This document shows, one piece after another, positions 9,740 to 18,281 of a DNA stretch of 46,253 nucleotides. The notes below the pieces were generated by a model. That model was given only the letters and a program-made list of their open reading frames with translations, made no database searches and had not been told where the DNA came from. The DNA is from a virus (lineage: Duplodnaviria > Caudoviricetes). The stretch lies in the IMG/VR virus record IMGVR_UViG_3300011423_000004, positions 1 through 46,253 of that record; one strand, given 5' to 3'. The first letter of the stretch is position 1, and each line of letters begins with the position of its first letter. Position numbers and translations under genes: made by a program.

Positions 9740-10236
9740 GCTGGTACTCGCTTACGTGCCGCATCTCTACCTGCCTGAACTGCATTATACACAGGCACGG
9801 GCGGTGGAGTAGATGGACCTAATCCCATGTTCATAGCAGGTGAGGGTACGCCTTGTCCCGGTACACCTGCAACAGATGATGGGCCTAAATCATAACCACC
9901 CGCCATATTACGACCTATATCACCTAATACCTGACCAACTGCCCCGGCCTTACCAGCTTTTCCTGCACCAACAGCACCTTTTAATATCTTAGCACCAACT
10001 CCAGAAGAAGGACCGATTCCCTTGATTGCCCCAAGTCCACCTACCGCACTAGTACCTGCACCAATACCAGCATTAACTAGTGCATTCTTCCAGCTACCAC
10101 CTGATGCTTTAGCTTGTGCCGCACCTATGCCACCCTGTATTGCCATTCCTAGTGGAATGCCCACACCGGGAATAGCCATAGCCGCATATGGTGCTACCTT
10201 CAGGCCAATCTTACCGAGAGTTTTCCAGAATCCCAT
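9736..10236 (-). CDS. Gly/Ala-rich protein with amphipathic N-terminus (pilot/ejection-like)
   Basis: MGFWKTLGKIGLKVAP followed by glycine-zipper-like GxxxG repeats. Confidence 0.55.
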   Translation of the reverse strand: MGFWKTLGKIGLKVAPYAAMAIPGVGIPLGMAIQGGIGAAQAKASGGSWKNALVNAGIGAGTSAVGGLGAIKGIGPSSGVGAKILKGAVGAGKAGKAGAVGQVLGDIGRNMAGGYDLGPSSVAGVPGQGVPSPAMNMGLGPSTPPPVPVYNAVQAGRDAARKRVPA

Positions 10237-10245
10237 GATTGTATC

Positions 10246-10437
10246 TCAGACTGTAACTTGGCTCATGTAATTCCACACGCCGAACACACGCAGAAGCCAA
10301 AGAATCACCGCAATAATTACGACGATATTGATCAGTCGTAACATCTTCCCATCAACGTATGGTGGACCATAATTATTGACGAGTGCGAGTAGGACGCCGA
10401 CGACGAGTAGGACAATAACTACTGTCAATAGTGGCAT
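10246..10437 (-). CDS. Two-TM membrane protein (Thivi_2564-like; holin candidate)
   Basis: MPLLTVVIVLLVVGVLLALVN...INIVVIIAVILWLL; GGGAG RBS before ATG 10437. Confidence 0.55.
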   Translation of the reverse strand: MPLLTVVIVLLVVGVLLALVNNYGPPYVDGKMLRLINIVVIIAVILWLLRVFGVWNYMSQVTV

Positions 10438-10451
10438 CACTAAACTCCCAA

Positions 10452-11342
10452 TTATCGTTCCCACGAACGCGGATTATGTCTCAATACCTTGAGTTGTTCA
10501 TCAGGATTGAGTCCCTTCAGATCTACAATCAATTCGCGCTGTCCCGGTATGAGTCCGTATCCCAAGACATTGTTCATCGGAACATCTGCTTTGTACAATT
10601 GTCCTGTCTGCATTCTCCTACTTCTAATAGCAGGATGAGAAGTTTCAAGGTCCATTAGTGTCTCAGGTATACCAATTCCATGACGTAGACTTCGTGATGC
10701 GCCATCAGCAAAGATATGGGAAACTTTCGGTTCCATTGAGAATGAACGAGCACCGGGATCTAGCCCCTGCTGATGGTATTCCCTCAAATCCTTCATTTCA
10801 TTCCCAGAAACTCCCCTGAATACAGGGACTTTATCTGTTCCGAGTTTCTGTCTCAATACATCCCGCACTCTTTCAAGATCTTGTGGATTACTATTCCTGA
10901 GTTGTTCAGCGTACATAAGATTTCTTGTACGATCATGCATTGCACCGCCACTAGACCACTTGTCAATTAATCTCATGTATTCAGGTGAGAGTTCAGTACG
11001 ACTCATTCGTCTTAATTCATTGATAATGTCTGCATGGAATTTCCTTGGTATTGCCATCGGTAGTGCAGCCCCCAACATTCCCTTTGGAGCTGCCATACCT
11101 AATTGAATTAGTTTATTTACAGAGGGACCAATAGTACGAGTTCCCTTCTCTTCCTCCATCGGATCAATGCCTAATATCCCCTTTGGAATATTGGCTGATA
11201 GACTAAGGAGATTATCGAAAACTAAACTTCCTACTCCTCTACCACCAATTTCTTCCTTAACTTTCCTTTTGAAAGTATCAACAAACCATTCAGGTTCCTC
11301 AGTGGGACCAAGTCCCGTCTTTTTAAAAGAATCAGGCATCAC
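10452..11342 (-). CDS. Putative R-S-E clade ADP-ribosyltransferase
   Basis: C-terminal half has VFRG, SFS-x7-FA, LYxAxVP, QRELIV motifs in ART order. Confidence 0.5.
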   Translation of the reverse strand: MMPDSFKKTGLGPTEEPEWFVDTFKRKVKEEIGGRGVGSLVFDNLLSLSANIPKGILGIDPMEEEKGTRTIGPSVNKLIQLGMAAPKGMLGAALPMAIPRKFHADIINELRRMSRTELSPEYMRLIDKWSSGGAMHDRTRNLMYAEQLRNSNPQDLERVRDVLRQKLGTDKVPVFRGVSGNEMKDLREYHQQGLDPGARSFSMEPKVSHIFADGASRSLRHGIGIPETLMDLETSHPAIRSRRMQTGQLYKADVPMNNVLGYGLIPGQRELIVDLKGLNPDEQLKVLRHNPRSWER

Positions 11343-11650
11343 TGAACTCCGAGTTCATGTTCCAATTCAGCGATTTCCTTGACCTTCTGTTTCATCAATT
11401 CTGCTGATCTACGATCCTCTTGTTCCAACATCTGTTGCTTCACGCGCCACGGAATGAACGCGGGCTGAATACTTTTCAGTTCTTCAGTCGATGGTGGAAC
11501 TAGAGGTTCGGTCTTATTCCCATCCAAGAGACGATGGAGTAAATCCTTACGCTCTCTATTGCTCTCATCGAGCTGAGCGCGTAAGACCTCGCATGTTTCA
11601 CATGGCATAGGGGACAGACCGAACCACTTGTACATCAATTCTCTAATCAT
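11339..11650 (-). CDS. Coiled-coil hypothetical protein (CxxC)
   Basis: 103 aa, CETC, helical. Confidence 0.6.
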   Translation of the reverse strand: MIRELMYKWFGLSPMPCETCEVLRAQLDESNRERKDLLHRLLDGNKTEPLVPPSTEELKSIQPAFIPWRVKQQMLEQEDRRSAELMKQKVKEIAELEHELGVQ

Positions 11651-11810
11651 CAGTTACTTCTTTGGGAAACTGTTCACGCATTAATCCAATAGAAACAACT
11701 GCTAAATCTCTTACTTCTCTGTCTTTATGAGACAGTAACATATGTGCAATAGCCCACATATCTTTCTGAGCTTTAGTGGCGATAGCGGCCGACTGGCTTG
11801 ATTGTATCAT
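11643..11810 (-). CDS. Small hypothetical protein (55 aa)
   Basis: Hand-found ORF MIQSSQSAAIATKAQKDMWAIAHMLL... that fills the gap after TerL. Confidence 0.4.
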   Translation of the reverse strand: MIQSSQSAAIATKAQKDMWAIAHMLLSHKDREVRDLAVVSIGLMREQFPKEVTDD

Positions 11811-13401
11811 CTACTTCAGTCTTTCTCATATTTCTGTAGAATGCAGTCCAGTCGTGTGATGTACTGAGCTGGTTTACCAATGCTTCTTGTTGCTGTATTC
11901 TTTTGAATTCTTGATTGCTTTCATCAAAGAATCCCTCAGCAGCATCAACCAAGTATCTGAGGCCATCAATTGGGTCATCCCCCTCGAATTCTGCAATGTC
12001 TTCCGCTGGTTTATTTCCTTTTGGCTTGTCGTATGAACAAGCCTTAATGGCTTCGACGAGGACTGGACAGGCATCTTTGAATATCTGTAATTTAGGTACG
12101 TTCGTTTCAGGTTCAGGTGGATTGAATGAATTCATGTATGACTTGTACTCTGTCATACCACGATTCCTCATAATCCACATGGCATACTCTTCATTGTACG
12201 TAGGTAATTCCTGATCACTTACTTGTTTGGGCTGCCATCTAAGGTATTCATGGATAAGTATTTTTCCCGCAATACGTGATCCTGGAGTGTTATTGCTGAG
12301 TTCGACTGACTGTCCAAGTTCATCTTCAATTTGCTGTTGAATTGTGTGCTCTTGACCACGATCTTGACCAGCAGATTTGCAAAATCGAATGAGTCTGGGA
12401 TTTTCTCTGTCAATGAATACCTTAATCTGTGGTGCCCAATCCGCGATCTTTGTTTTGACCCAATATTGCTCACGGTAGATGTATACGCGCTTATTAGGAC
12501 TGATTGCTGCCCATCCCACCCACGTCATTGCCGCGAATCCCCAGTCACCTATTACGATACGAGGCCACCATGATGGGATTTCAAAAGGTTCAACAACATG
12601 GATCGCATTTGCTGGTTCGTCGTCGAATTTCCTGTCCCTGAATTCGTCGAATACCTGACCTTGATACGCATCCCAATCACCCAGAAGTTTGGCTTTCCGC
12701 TCAGCCTCAATCGTTATGCCTTGCAGCGATTGCCGATACGTAGGATCAATGTATCTGTTATCTTCGAGGGTGGAGTGGATGTAGATTCTTTTATTCCCTC
12801 CCCTTCCCACAATGATTTTACCACCTTTAGGGGCTGGTTTAATGAATCTTTTGTAGGTCCAAGTATGACCAATCCCTCCTGGCATTCCAGCAGCTCTAAT
12901 AATTGCAGGCAACTCAGGGACGGGTGATCGCACTCGCTGGAATCCAATGTATAGATAGATCCACTCAGTAATCGACGTGAGTTCATCAGGAGTAAAGAGA
13001 TTGATTTGCATCGAATCGTATTTATGGACATCATCTTCATTCTCACAATGACCTAGGAAAATCATTGCTCCTTCATTTGCTCCACCAGTTCCACCGTATT
13101 GATCTGGTCTGGGGAACGTCCAACACATTTCAGTTTTATTTAGTGTGGCTCCGAATCTTCGATAGAGTTCACGAGATCGAGGTATGATTTCATTTCTAAG
13201 TTCAGGAAAAGTACGTCGCATGAATACTTGCTTGAAACGTGGGTTTTCATGCCAGCGATGGACAATTCCATACAGTAATAAGACATCGGACTTTCCAGAA
13301 CCAGCTCCGCCCCCATAAAACGCTTCTTTAACTGAAGTGGGGACTGAGAGAAAGAGTTCTTGTTTGGGTTCTGGTCGCCACTCATTAGGATTCCGATCCA
13401 C
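11773..13401 (-). CDS. terL: Terminase large subunit
   Basis: Walker A GGGAGSGKS, Walker B TPDELT, GMPGG coupling motif, RNase H-like IGDWG and DDPIDGLRY. Confidence 0.93.
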   Translation of the reverse strand: MDRNPNEWRPEPKQELFLSVPTSVKEAFYGGGAGSGKSDVLLLYGIVHRWHENPRFKQVFMRRTFPELRNEIIPRSRELYRRFGATLNKTEMCWTFPRPDQYGGTGGANEGAMIFLGHCENEDDVHKYDSMQINLFTPDELTSITEWIYLYIGFQRVRSPVPELPAIIRAAGMPGGIGHTWTYKRFIKPAPKGGKIIVGRGGNKRIYIHSTLEDNRYIDPTYRQSLQGITIEAERKAKLLGDWDAYQGQVFDEFRDRKFDDEPANAIHVVEPFEIPSWWPRIVIGDWGFAAMTWVGWAAISPNKRVYIYREQYWVKTKIADWAPQIKVFIDRENPRLIRFCKSAGQDRGQEHTIQQQIEDELGQSVELSNNTPGSRIAGKILIHEYLRWQPKQVSDQELPTYNEEYAMWIMRNRGMTEYKSYMNSFNPPEPETNVPKLQIFKDACPVLVEAIKACSYDKPKGNKPAEDIAEFEGDDPIDGLRYLVDAAEGFFDESNQEFKRIQQQEALVNQLSTSHDWTAFYRNMRKTEVDDTIKPVGRYRH

Positions 13402-13410
13402 TGATCTGTC

Positions 13411-14004
13411 CTAGTACTGACGCCCGCGTCCGAATGATCTCTGACGTGGTGCCATAGGACGATTCATCTGTTGCATAGCATCACCAGCTTGCTGACCAAA
13501 ATCAGCAGCCATGCTAGGTGCCTGTTCCATAGCTCCACCTAATTCCATCTGTGGTGGTCCACTAGGTTCTGGCATTGCTTCAGGAGATTGCATGTATGGA
13601 TTGATGGGCTGTTGTTCAGGTGATGCCATAGGATTCTGCTGCTGTTGTCTACGCGCAAGAATTCCACCTAATCCACCAGCAAATCCACCCATCGCAGGCT
13701 TACGCATTAATCCACCGCCCATTGCCTGACCCTGACCAATACCACCCATTTGGCCCTGCATCTGACGCGCCTGCATGAGTTTCGCCATTACCCCTGAATT
13801 ATCTGATGGACCCATTGGTCCCTTTACTTTATTCAGGCCGGGATTCATTCCTTGGCCCATTGCTGCACCCTGAGCCAATTGACCAAACTTACTACCAGCA
13901 CCTTGCTGTTTCTGCTGTCCACCACCATACATTCCCATGATTCCCTGACCAGCGGCCTGACCTGCACCAGCCATTCCGCCTGCCATCTTATTCGCACCCA
14001 TCAT
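13411..14004 (-). CDS. Low-complexity Gly/Met/Gln/Pro-rich protein
   Basis: 197 aa, overlapping start/stop coupling with the upstream gene. Confidence 0.6.
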   Translation of the reverse strand: MMGANKMAGGMAGAGQAAGQGIMGMYGGGQQKQQGAGSKFGQLAQGAAMGQGMNPGLNKVKGPMGPSDNSGVMAKLMQARQMQGQMGGIGQGQAMGGGLMRKPAMGGFAGGLGGILARRQQQQNPMASPEQQPINPYMQSPEAMPEPSGPPQMELGGAMEQAPSMAADFGQQAGDAMQQMNRPMAPRQRSFGRGRQY

Positions 14005-14411
14005 TTCCTCCAGTTACCTGATGCACTGATTGTAGTTCCAGTAAAATCACTGGAGGTGGCTTCTCTAAATAGAATTCCATTCACAAAGATCTGAGCGGAT
14101 AAGAATGGAAACGTAGTCGTACCGTATGATAGTGGAGTAGCTTCGATAGATAAGAACATTGATGAGTCATTAGTTGATAATGTAGTGATGTATGGGAGTG
14201 TAGTGATAACTTGTGTCAGCCCATCTAATGGATTCGAGTAACGGATGCGGACTGATGTGGCATTTCCATTTACTCTGAACTGAATCTGACTTGCTGGACT
14301 AGATCCCCTCCCATTATCTGATGGGGGATCAGATGGATTAGTTGGATTGATGTAGATCTTATCACACGCGCTCAGTCCTAATGCCAGTACAATCGTGAGA
14401 ATGAGTCTCAT
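14001..14411 (-). CDS. Lipoprotein
   Basis: Signal peptide MRLILTIVLALGLSA-C (lipobox LSAC), P/S-rich linker, beta-sandwich C-domain. Confidence 0.7.
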   Translation of the reverse strand: MRLILTIVLALGLSACDKIYINPTNPSDPPSDNGRGSSPASQIQFRVNGNATSVRIRYSNPLDGLTQVITTLPYITTLSTNDSSMFLSIEATPLSYGTTTFPFLSAQIFVNGILFREATSSDFTGTTISASGNWRK

Positions 14412-14415
14412 TCAA

Positions 14416-15252
14416 TTACCTCGAATTATAGTGATCGAGTATTTCGGCAGGAGTGAGTGCGCGGGGATAGATGGCAATATCTTTGAGAGATCCATTAAAA
14501 TATGTCCAATTAGGATCGTGCCCTATCTGAATAGTTTTTGCAATTCCTGCTGTAAAAGATATAGGAGTTACATCGTGTGTAAATACATTTCCATCAATAT
14601 AACATTGTGGGATTCCATTATGAGGAAATACCCAAACTAAATAATGCCAATTATTATCGTATGGAAATGATATAGTTGCTCCATTAAAACCAGTCCATAT
14701 ATTTGTAATATCTGAACCAGAGAAAATTGCTACATAATCTCCAGTCGCATTATTAGAAAATAGAACTTGATTGGCTATGTTACTAGCCCTACGAATCCGC
14801 ATCTCAACTGCAAATGGTGTTTTTATAATTGTAGAAGTAGTAGTTATCTTTCCAGTAGTCCCATTAAACGTCATCCCACTTTCACCGTTTAATGTAACTC
14901 CACCACTAATTGTACCGTTAGCAGTTCCAACTGAATCACGCGCACTCAGGCCAGAAGTCTCATTCAGACGCCAGTAATTGGATGGACCAGATCCCAATAC
15001 TTTAGTAGAATATCTGGAGAGTTCCTTCATCTTTAGTTTCGTTGCCTTGTATGTAGTTCCTCCAGTTGTACACCTAATGAATCCACCGACGTGGTTATAT
15101 CCCCCAGCCCATCCTACAAATGGACCTGCATACAATGCAGATCGTTCACACGCACTTCCAAGGACCACATTACATGGAGATCCTGGAAGTGCGTATATCA
15201 CATTCTGTAGGATATTGTATTGTGGACCGGGGGATAGTAACGTCGTAGCCAT
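14416..15252 (-). CDS. LamG/concanavalin A-like domain protein
   Basis: YWRLNETSG..ARDS, NNWHYLVW, YIDG, YFNGSLKDIAIYPRALT motifs. Confidence 0.8.
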   Translation of the reverse strand: MATTLLSPGPQYNILQNVIYALPGSPCNVVLGSACERSALYAGPFVGWAGGYNHVGGFIRCTTGGTTYKATKLKMKELSRYSTKVLGSGPSNYWRLNETSGLSARDSVGTANGTISGGVTLNGESGMTFNGTTGKITTTSTIIKTPFAVEMRIRRASNIANQVLFSNNATGDYVAIFSGSDITNIWTGFNGATISFPYDNNWHYLVWVFPHNGIPQCYIDGNVFTHDVTPISFTAGIAKTIQIGHDPNWTYFNGSLKDIAIYPRALTPAEILDHYNSR

Positions 15253-15253
15253 C

Positions 15254-15877
15254 TTACTTCTTCGGTACGGCTGTTACGACTGGCTTCGACTGCGTGTGAG
15301 CAGGGAACTTATTCTCTGGTGGAACTACCTGAGCTGACATTACAACGACGGCCGTCAGATCGAATGTCATGGGATCACTCAGCACGCCACCATTCAGGAC
15401 TGCGACTGGAATAGTAGTAGCTACTGTAGCAGTAGACATATCTACCAGAGTGGTGAGTTCTGTATCACTCACAAAAGTTGTAGGTTCAGGACTACCATTC
15501 CACTGAATCTCACTAGATGGAAGGAATCCAGTTCCCATCACATGGAGTGTGAATGATGGATCGCCAATTACTGCTGTGGAGGGATTGAGTGATGTGACTA
15601 CAGGTGGGACTGTGGCTGCGCCAGTGAGAACGAATCGAATTGCATCATACGCCTTGTCAGCGAAGCGCGAGTCTGAACATGCTACATCTAGGATTTCTCT
15701 GATGTAATTCAGTTGTTCCATAGTGACTGGCAGTGGAACGGATGCCAGTAGAACTGGACTGAATGGCTCAGGCTTAATTAATACTGGCATCTTCTTCTCT
15801 TTTCTTTGAACTAGGTATTCACGGATGATCATATAATCTACTTCTGAGATTTCATCATAAACTATATAATCATACAT
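15254..15877 (-). CDS. IPT/TIG (Ig-like) domain protein
   Basis: PVVTSLNPS...FTLHVMGTGF...WNG...TTFVSDTELT; alternative start at 15790. Confidence 0.75.
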   Translation of the reverse strand: MYDYIVYDEISEVDYMIIREYLVQRKEKKMPVLIKPEPFSPVLLASVPLPVTMEQLNYIREILDVACSDSRFADKAYDAIRFVLTGAATVPPVVTSLNPSTAVIGDPSFTLHVMGTGFLPSSEIQWNGSPEPTTFVSDTELTTLVDMSTATVATTIPVAVLNGGVLSDPMTFDLTAVVVMSAQVVPPENKFPAHTQSKPVVTAVPKK

Positions 15878-15919
15878 GACATCTCTCGTACGGACACGGA
15901 CGCCTACGGCGTCTGAGAA

Positions 15920-16291
15920 TTACTTAGGTGAACCAGTTTCAGGAAGAGAATTGTCGATGGAACCAGATCCACCGGGCAGTGAATTGTCTGGAACCAGAAT
16001 AAGTCCCTGACACGCGAGCCACTTGACCACATACTTCTTACCGGGACGTGGAAGGTCATTCCCCGCCGAGGGCGCGTTAGGTAATGTATTGTCTACATCC
16101 AGTGTAGGATCGAATGGATAGACTGGCAGTAAACTAATATGTCCACCACCGGGTAATCCCTGTGATGGATAATTCACACCACCACCCGGTAATGAATTAT
16201 CCGGACGTCCACCTACTGGAATTCCACCACCATAACCCGGATCTACTGGACGTCCTGATCCATCGAGGAATGTGATAATTGCTAATGGCAT
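15920..16291 (-). CDS. Pro/Gly-rich repeat protein
   Basis: Repeated (P/I/V)DN(S/T)LP motif and PVDPGYG. Confidence 0.65.
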   Translation of the reverse strand: MPLAIITFLDGSGRPVDPGYGGGIPVGGRPDNSLPGGGVNYPSQGLPGGGHISLLPVYPFDPTLDVDNTLPNAPSAGNDLPRPGKKYVVKWLACQGLILVPDNSLPGGSGSIDNSLPETGSPK

Positions 16292-16332
16292 CTTCTGTCT
16301 CCCCTTGTTTCCACGCGCACGCTTCGCGTGAG

Positions 16333-16899
16333 TTACTCGTTTACTGTGATGTGATCGAAACTATTCTCTTGCCTGAACTGTGGTGCGAAGATTACGAACT
16401 GAGGCCCATTAGCTTGATCTGATGGAACCACATCTTTGGGTTCCAAATTCTTAATGATTGCACTCATGTCTTTCGCAATACCTGCCAAGTCTTTTGCGTC
16501 CGTGTAGTCTAGCTTTTCTTGACTGATGGCCGCGAGTGCGCCAGATAAGACTTTACCAGCCTTCTTAATACTTCTTTCTCTCGACTTGTTAATGTGTTTA
16601 AGAATGCTTGATTTAGGCTCATGGTATGTCGTGGTACTTGTTGCACCTTTGGTATAGGCTGAGACTGATGAGGGGGAGATACCAAAGTCCTTAGCAAGAT
16701 CGAGTGCAGCTTGTCTACCATTGATTACGGCTTCCTCACCAATGATCTGACGCAAAGAATCAGGGACATTCACATCCCCTGAATTACGACCGTGACTTGG
16801 TGTAATGTCTATAATCTGTGGAACCACATTTCTATCAGCCGTCTTCGGCTGACCTAATTCTTTAAGGAAGTCTTCATCCGATACAATTCCAATGGGCAT
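16333..16899 (-). CDS. HTH protein; terminase small subunit or late regulator candidate
   Basis: AALDLAKDFGISPSSVSAY helix-turn-helix followed by helical oligomerisation-like region; first gene of the late arm; ATG 16899 with GGAG RBS. Confidence 0.5.
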   Translation of the reverse strand: MPIGIVSDEDFLKELGQPKTADRNVVPQIIDITPSHGRNSGDVNVPDSLRQIIGEEAVINGRQAALDLAKDFGISPSSVSAYTKGATSTTTYHEPKSSILKHINKSRERSIKKAGKVLSGALAAISQEKLDYTDAKDLAGIAKDMSAIIKNLEPKDVVPSDQANGPQFVIFAPQFRQENSFDHITVNE

Positions 16900-16924
16900 A
16901 GATATACTCCGCTTCGGTAAAGGA

Positions 16925-16953
16925 AGGGTACCACAGGTTGGGGCTTCTGTCAA
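16925..16953 (-). promoter_or_regulatory. Sigma70-type promoter for the late arm
   Basis: TTGACA-17 bp-TACCCT with extended -10 TG, 26 bp upstream of ATG 16899. Confidence 0.65.
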
Positions 16954-17245
16954 GCGACCGATCTGGTTTAGAATCAGTTACTTAGGGGTACTAAGGAAAC
17001 GGAGAGATGGGACCAGAATATGAGACTCTATGAATTATTCTACTTTATCCCGTAACTTGCAATTGCTACTTTGTACTACGACATTCTCCTGTAACTTTAC
17101 CTGTAACATTTGATTGCTACACATCCCCCTGGGGAACTGCGGATGGAACCATTCTTGCATGGGTATACCCACCCCCTCCCCCATATGTGAAAAGAGTGTG
17201 AAAAAAATAAAACTTGACATAAAGAAAATTTTATAAATCAAGCCC

Positions 17246-17315
17246 CTACATAAACGTAGGACATAAGTGTAGACGCAAGCGTAGGCATACATAAGTGTAG
17301 GACATATGTGTAGGG
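17246..17315 (+). repeat. Five tandem degenerate ~13-bp repeats (consensus ACATAAGTGTAGG)
   Basis: ACATAAACGTAGG, ACATAAGTGTAG, ACGCAAGCGTAGG, ACATAAGTGTAGG, ACATATGTGTAGG. Confidence 0.75.
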
Positions 17316-17344
17316 TTGCATCTAGCACACTGGTCAAGTAGAGT
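17316..17344 (+). promoter_or_regulatory. Sigma70-type early promoter
   Basis: TTGCAT-17 bp-TAGAGT. Confidence 0.5.
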
Positions 17345-17460
17345 AGTCATTGATGGTCGTTGGTTGGTTGGTTGGTTCGATAGCCCTTCGGCCGGAGGTG
17401 TCCCGCGAGGTAGGGACCGAGCATGGTGTGTCTAACCCTTTCACGTTGGAGACTGTCAGT

Positions 17461-17721
17461 ATGACTGACGAACAGATTCAGTGGGTAGCGTGGTACGACT
17501 CCCTCAGCGAGCATGACCGCACGACGGCGGATATGCTCATGACTCTCTGTCACGCAACAGGCGTAGGTGCTCGCCGCACCTGCCTGATGACTCAGCGTGC
17601 CATGCTCAAGGTCAAGGCGACCAAGGGCCTGACACTCACTCAGGCAATGGCCGACGAGTGCGAGGCTGAAATGCTCAGCCTTGGCTTCGACACGGACCTG
17701 AAGCCCATTACAAAGCACTAG
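17461..17721 (+). CDS. Early hypothetical protein
   Basis: ATG 17461 with GGAG RBS (MTDEQIQWVAWYD...). Confidence 0.6.
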   Translation: MTDEQIQWVAWYDSLSEHDRTTADMLMTLCHATGVGARRTCLMTQRAMLKVKATKGLTLTQAMADECEAEMLSLGFDTDLKPITKH

Positions 17722-17729
17722 AGTCTGAA

Positions 17730-17757
17730 TGGGGGTGGACTGCATATCCGCCCCCTT
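17730..17757 (+). terminator. GC-rich hairpin (terminator/processing-like)
   Basis: GGGGGTGGA/TCCGCCCCC stem right after the stop at 17721. Confidence 0.4.
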
Positions 17758-17780
17758 CACTCTCACGAGGACAAAACACC

Positions 17781-17963
17781 ATGATGAGAAATTGCTCATG
17801 CGGGTCTGGTCTACTGGCCGAATGGCAGTATGACGGTCGCGGAATCCCTCTCTGCACGACATGCGAGGAGTGTCACGAGGAGCGCATGTCACGCTACAAC
17901 CCAGTCATTCTGGGCTACTACACTCAGGCCGATGTTGATGAGCCTATCGAGGAGGATGAATAA
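17781..17963 (+). CDS. Small Cys-rich early protein
   Basis: CSCGSG...DGRGI..C..C..C; GAGGA RBS. Confidence 0.65.
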   Translation: MMRNCSCGSGLLAEWQYDGRGIPLCTTCEECHEERMSRYNPVILGYYTQADVDEPIEEDE

Positions 17964-18199
17964 TGCCTAGATGCGAAGACTTCCCATGTTGCGGTCACGA
18001 GAACGGTGGCTGCCCACGTATCGACGAGAAGACCGGACGTGAGGTCTACAGGTGCTCCCAGGGCTGTGGACGTGAACTGAACGGACGCACGCGAATCAGC
18101 GGCTCGAGCATTTGCCGTGTCTGCATGCGACGGCTACAGCGCCAGTGGTCGCACCCGGACTACAGCGACGACTACATGGACTACCCGAGCGACTACTAG
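17963..18199 (+). CDS. Small Cys-rich early protein
   Basis: CEDFPCCGH...C...CSQGC...CRVC; TAATG coupling. Confidence 0.65.
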   Translation: MPRCEDFPCCGHENGGCPRIDEKTGREVYRCSQGCGRELNGRTRISGSSICRVCMRRLQRQWSHPDYSDDYMDYPSDY

Positions 18200-18206
18200 C
18201 GACTGA

Positions 18207-18240
18207 CAGAGGGAGGGGCTTCGGCCCCTCTCCTCTCTGA
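18207..18240 (+). terminator. UUCG-capped hairpin after the first early cluster
   Basis: GAGGGGC-TTCG-GCCCCTC with extended pairing. Confidence 0.5.
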
Positions 18241-18281
18241 CCCAGGCACCAGGACCATTCACCCGGCATTGGCCCCTTGTC

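Noticed and set aside
16900-16953. TTG start at 16953 for the HTH gene
   Set aside because: That TTG is the -35 TTGACA box; ATG 16899 has the RBS
17035-17337. 100-aa minus-strand ORF in the control region
   Set aside because: Runs through repeats and AT tracts; composition is not protein-like and no RBS is evident
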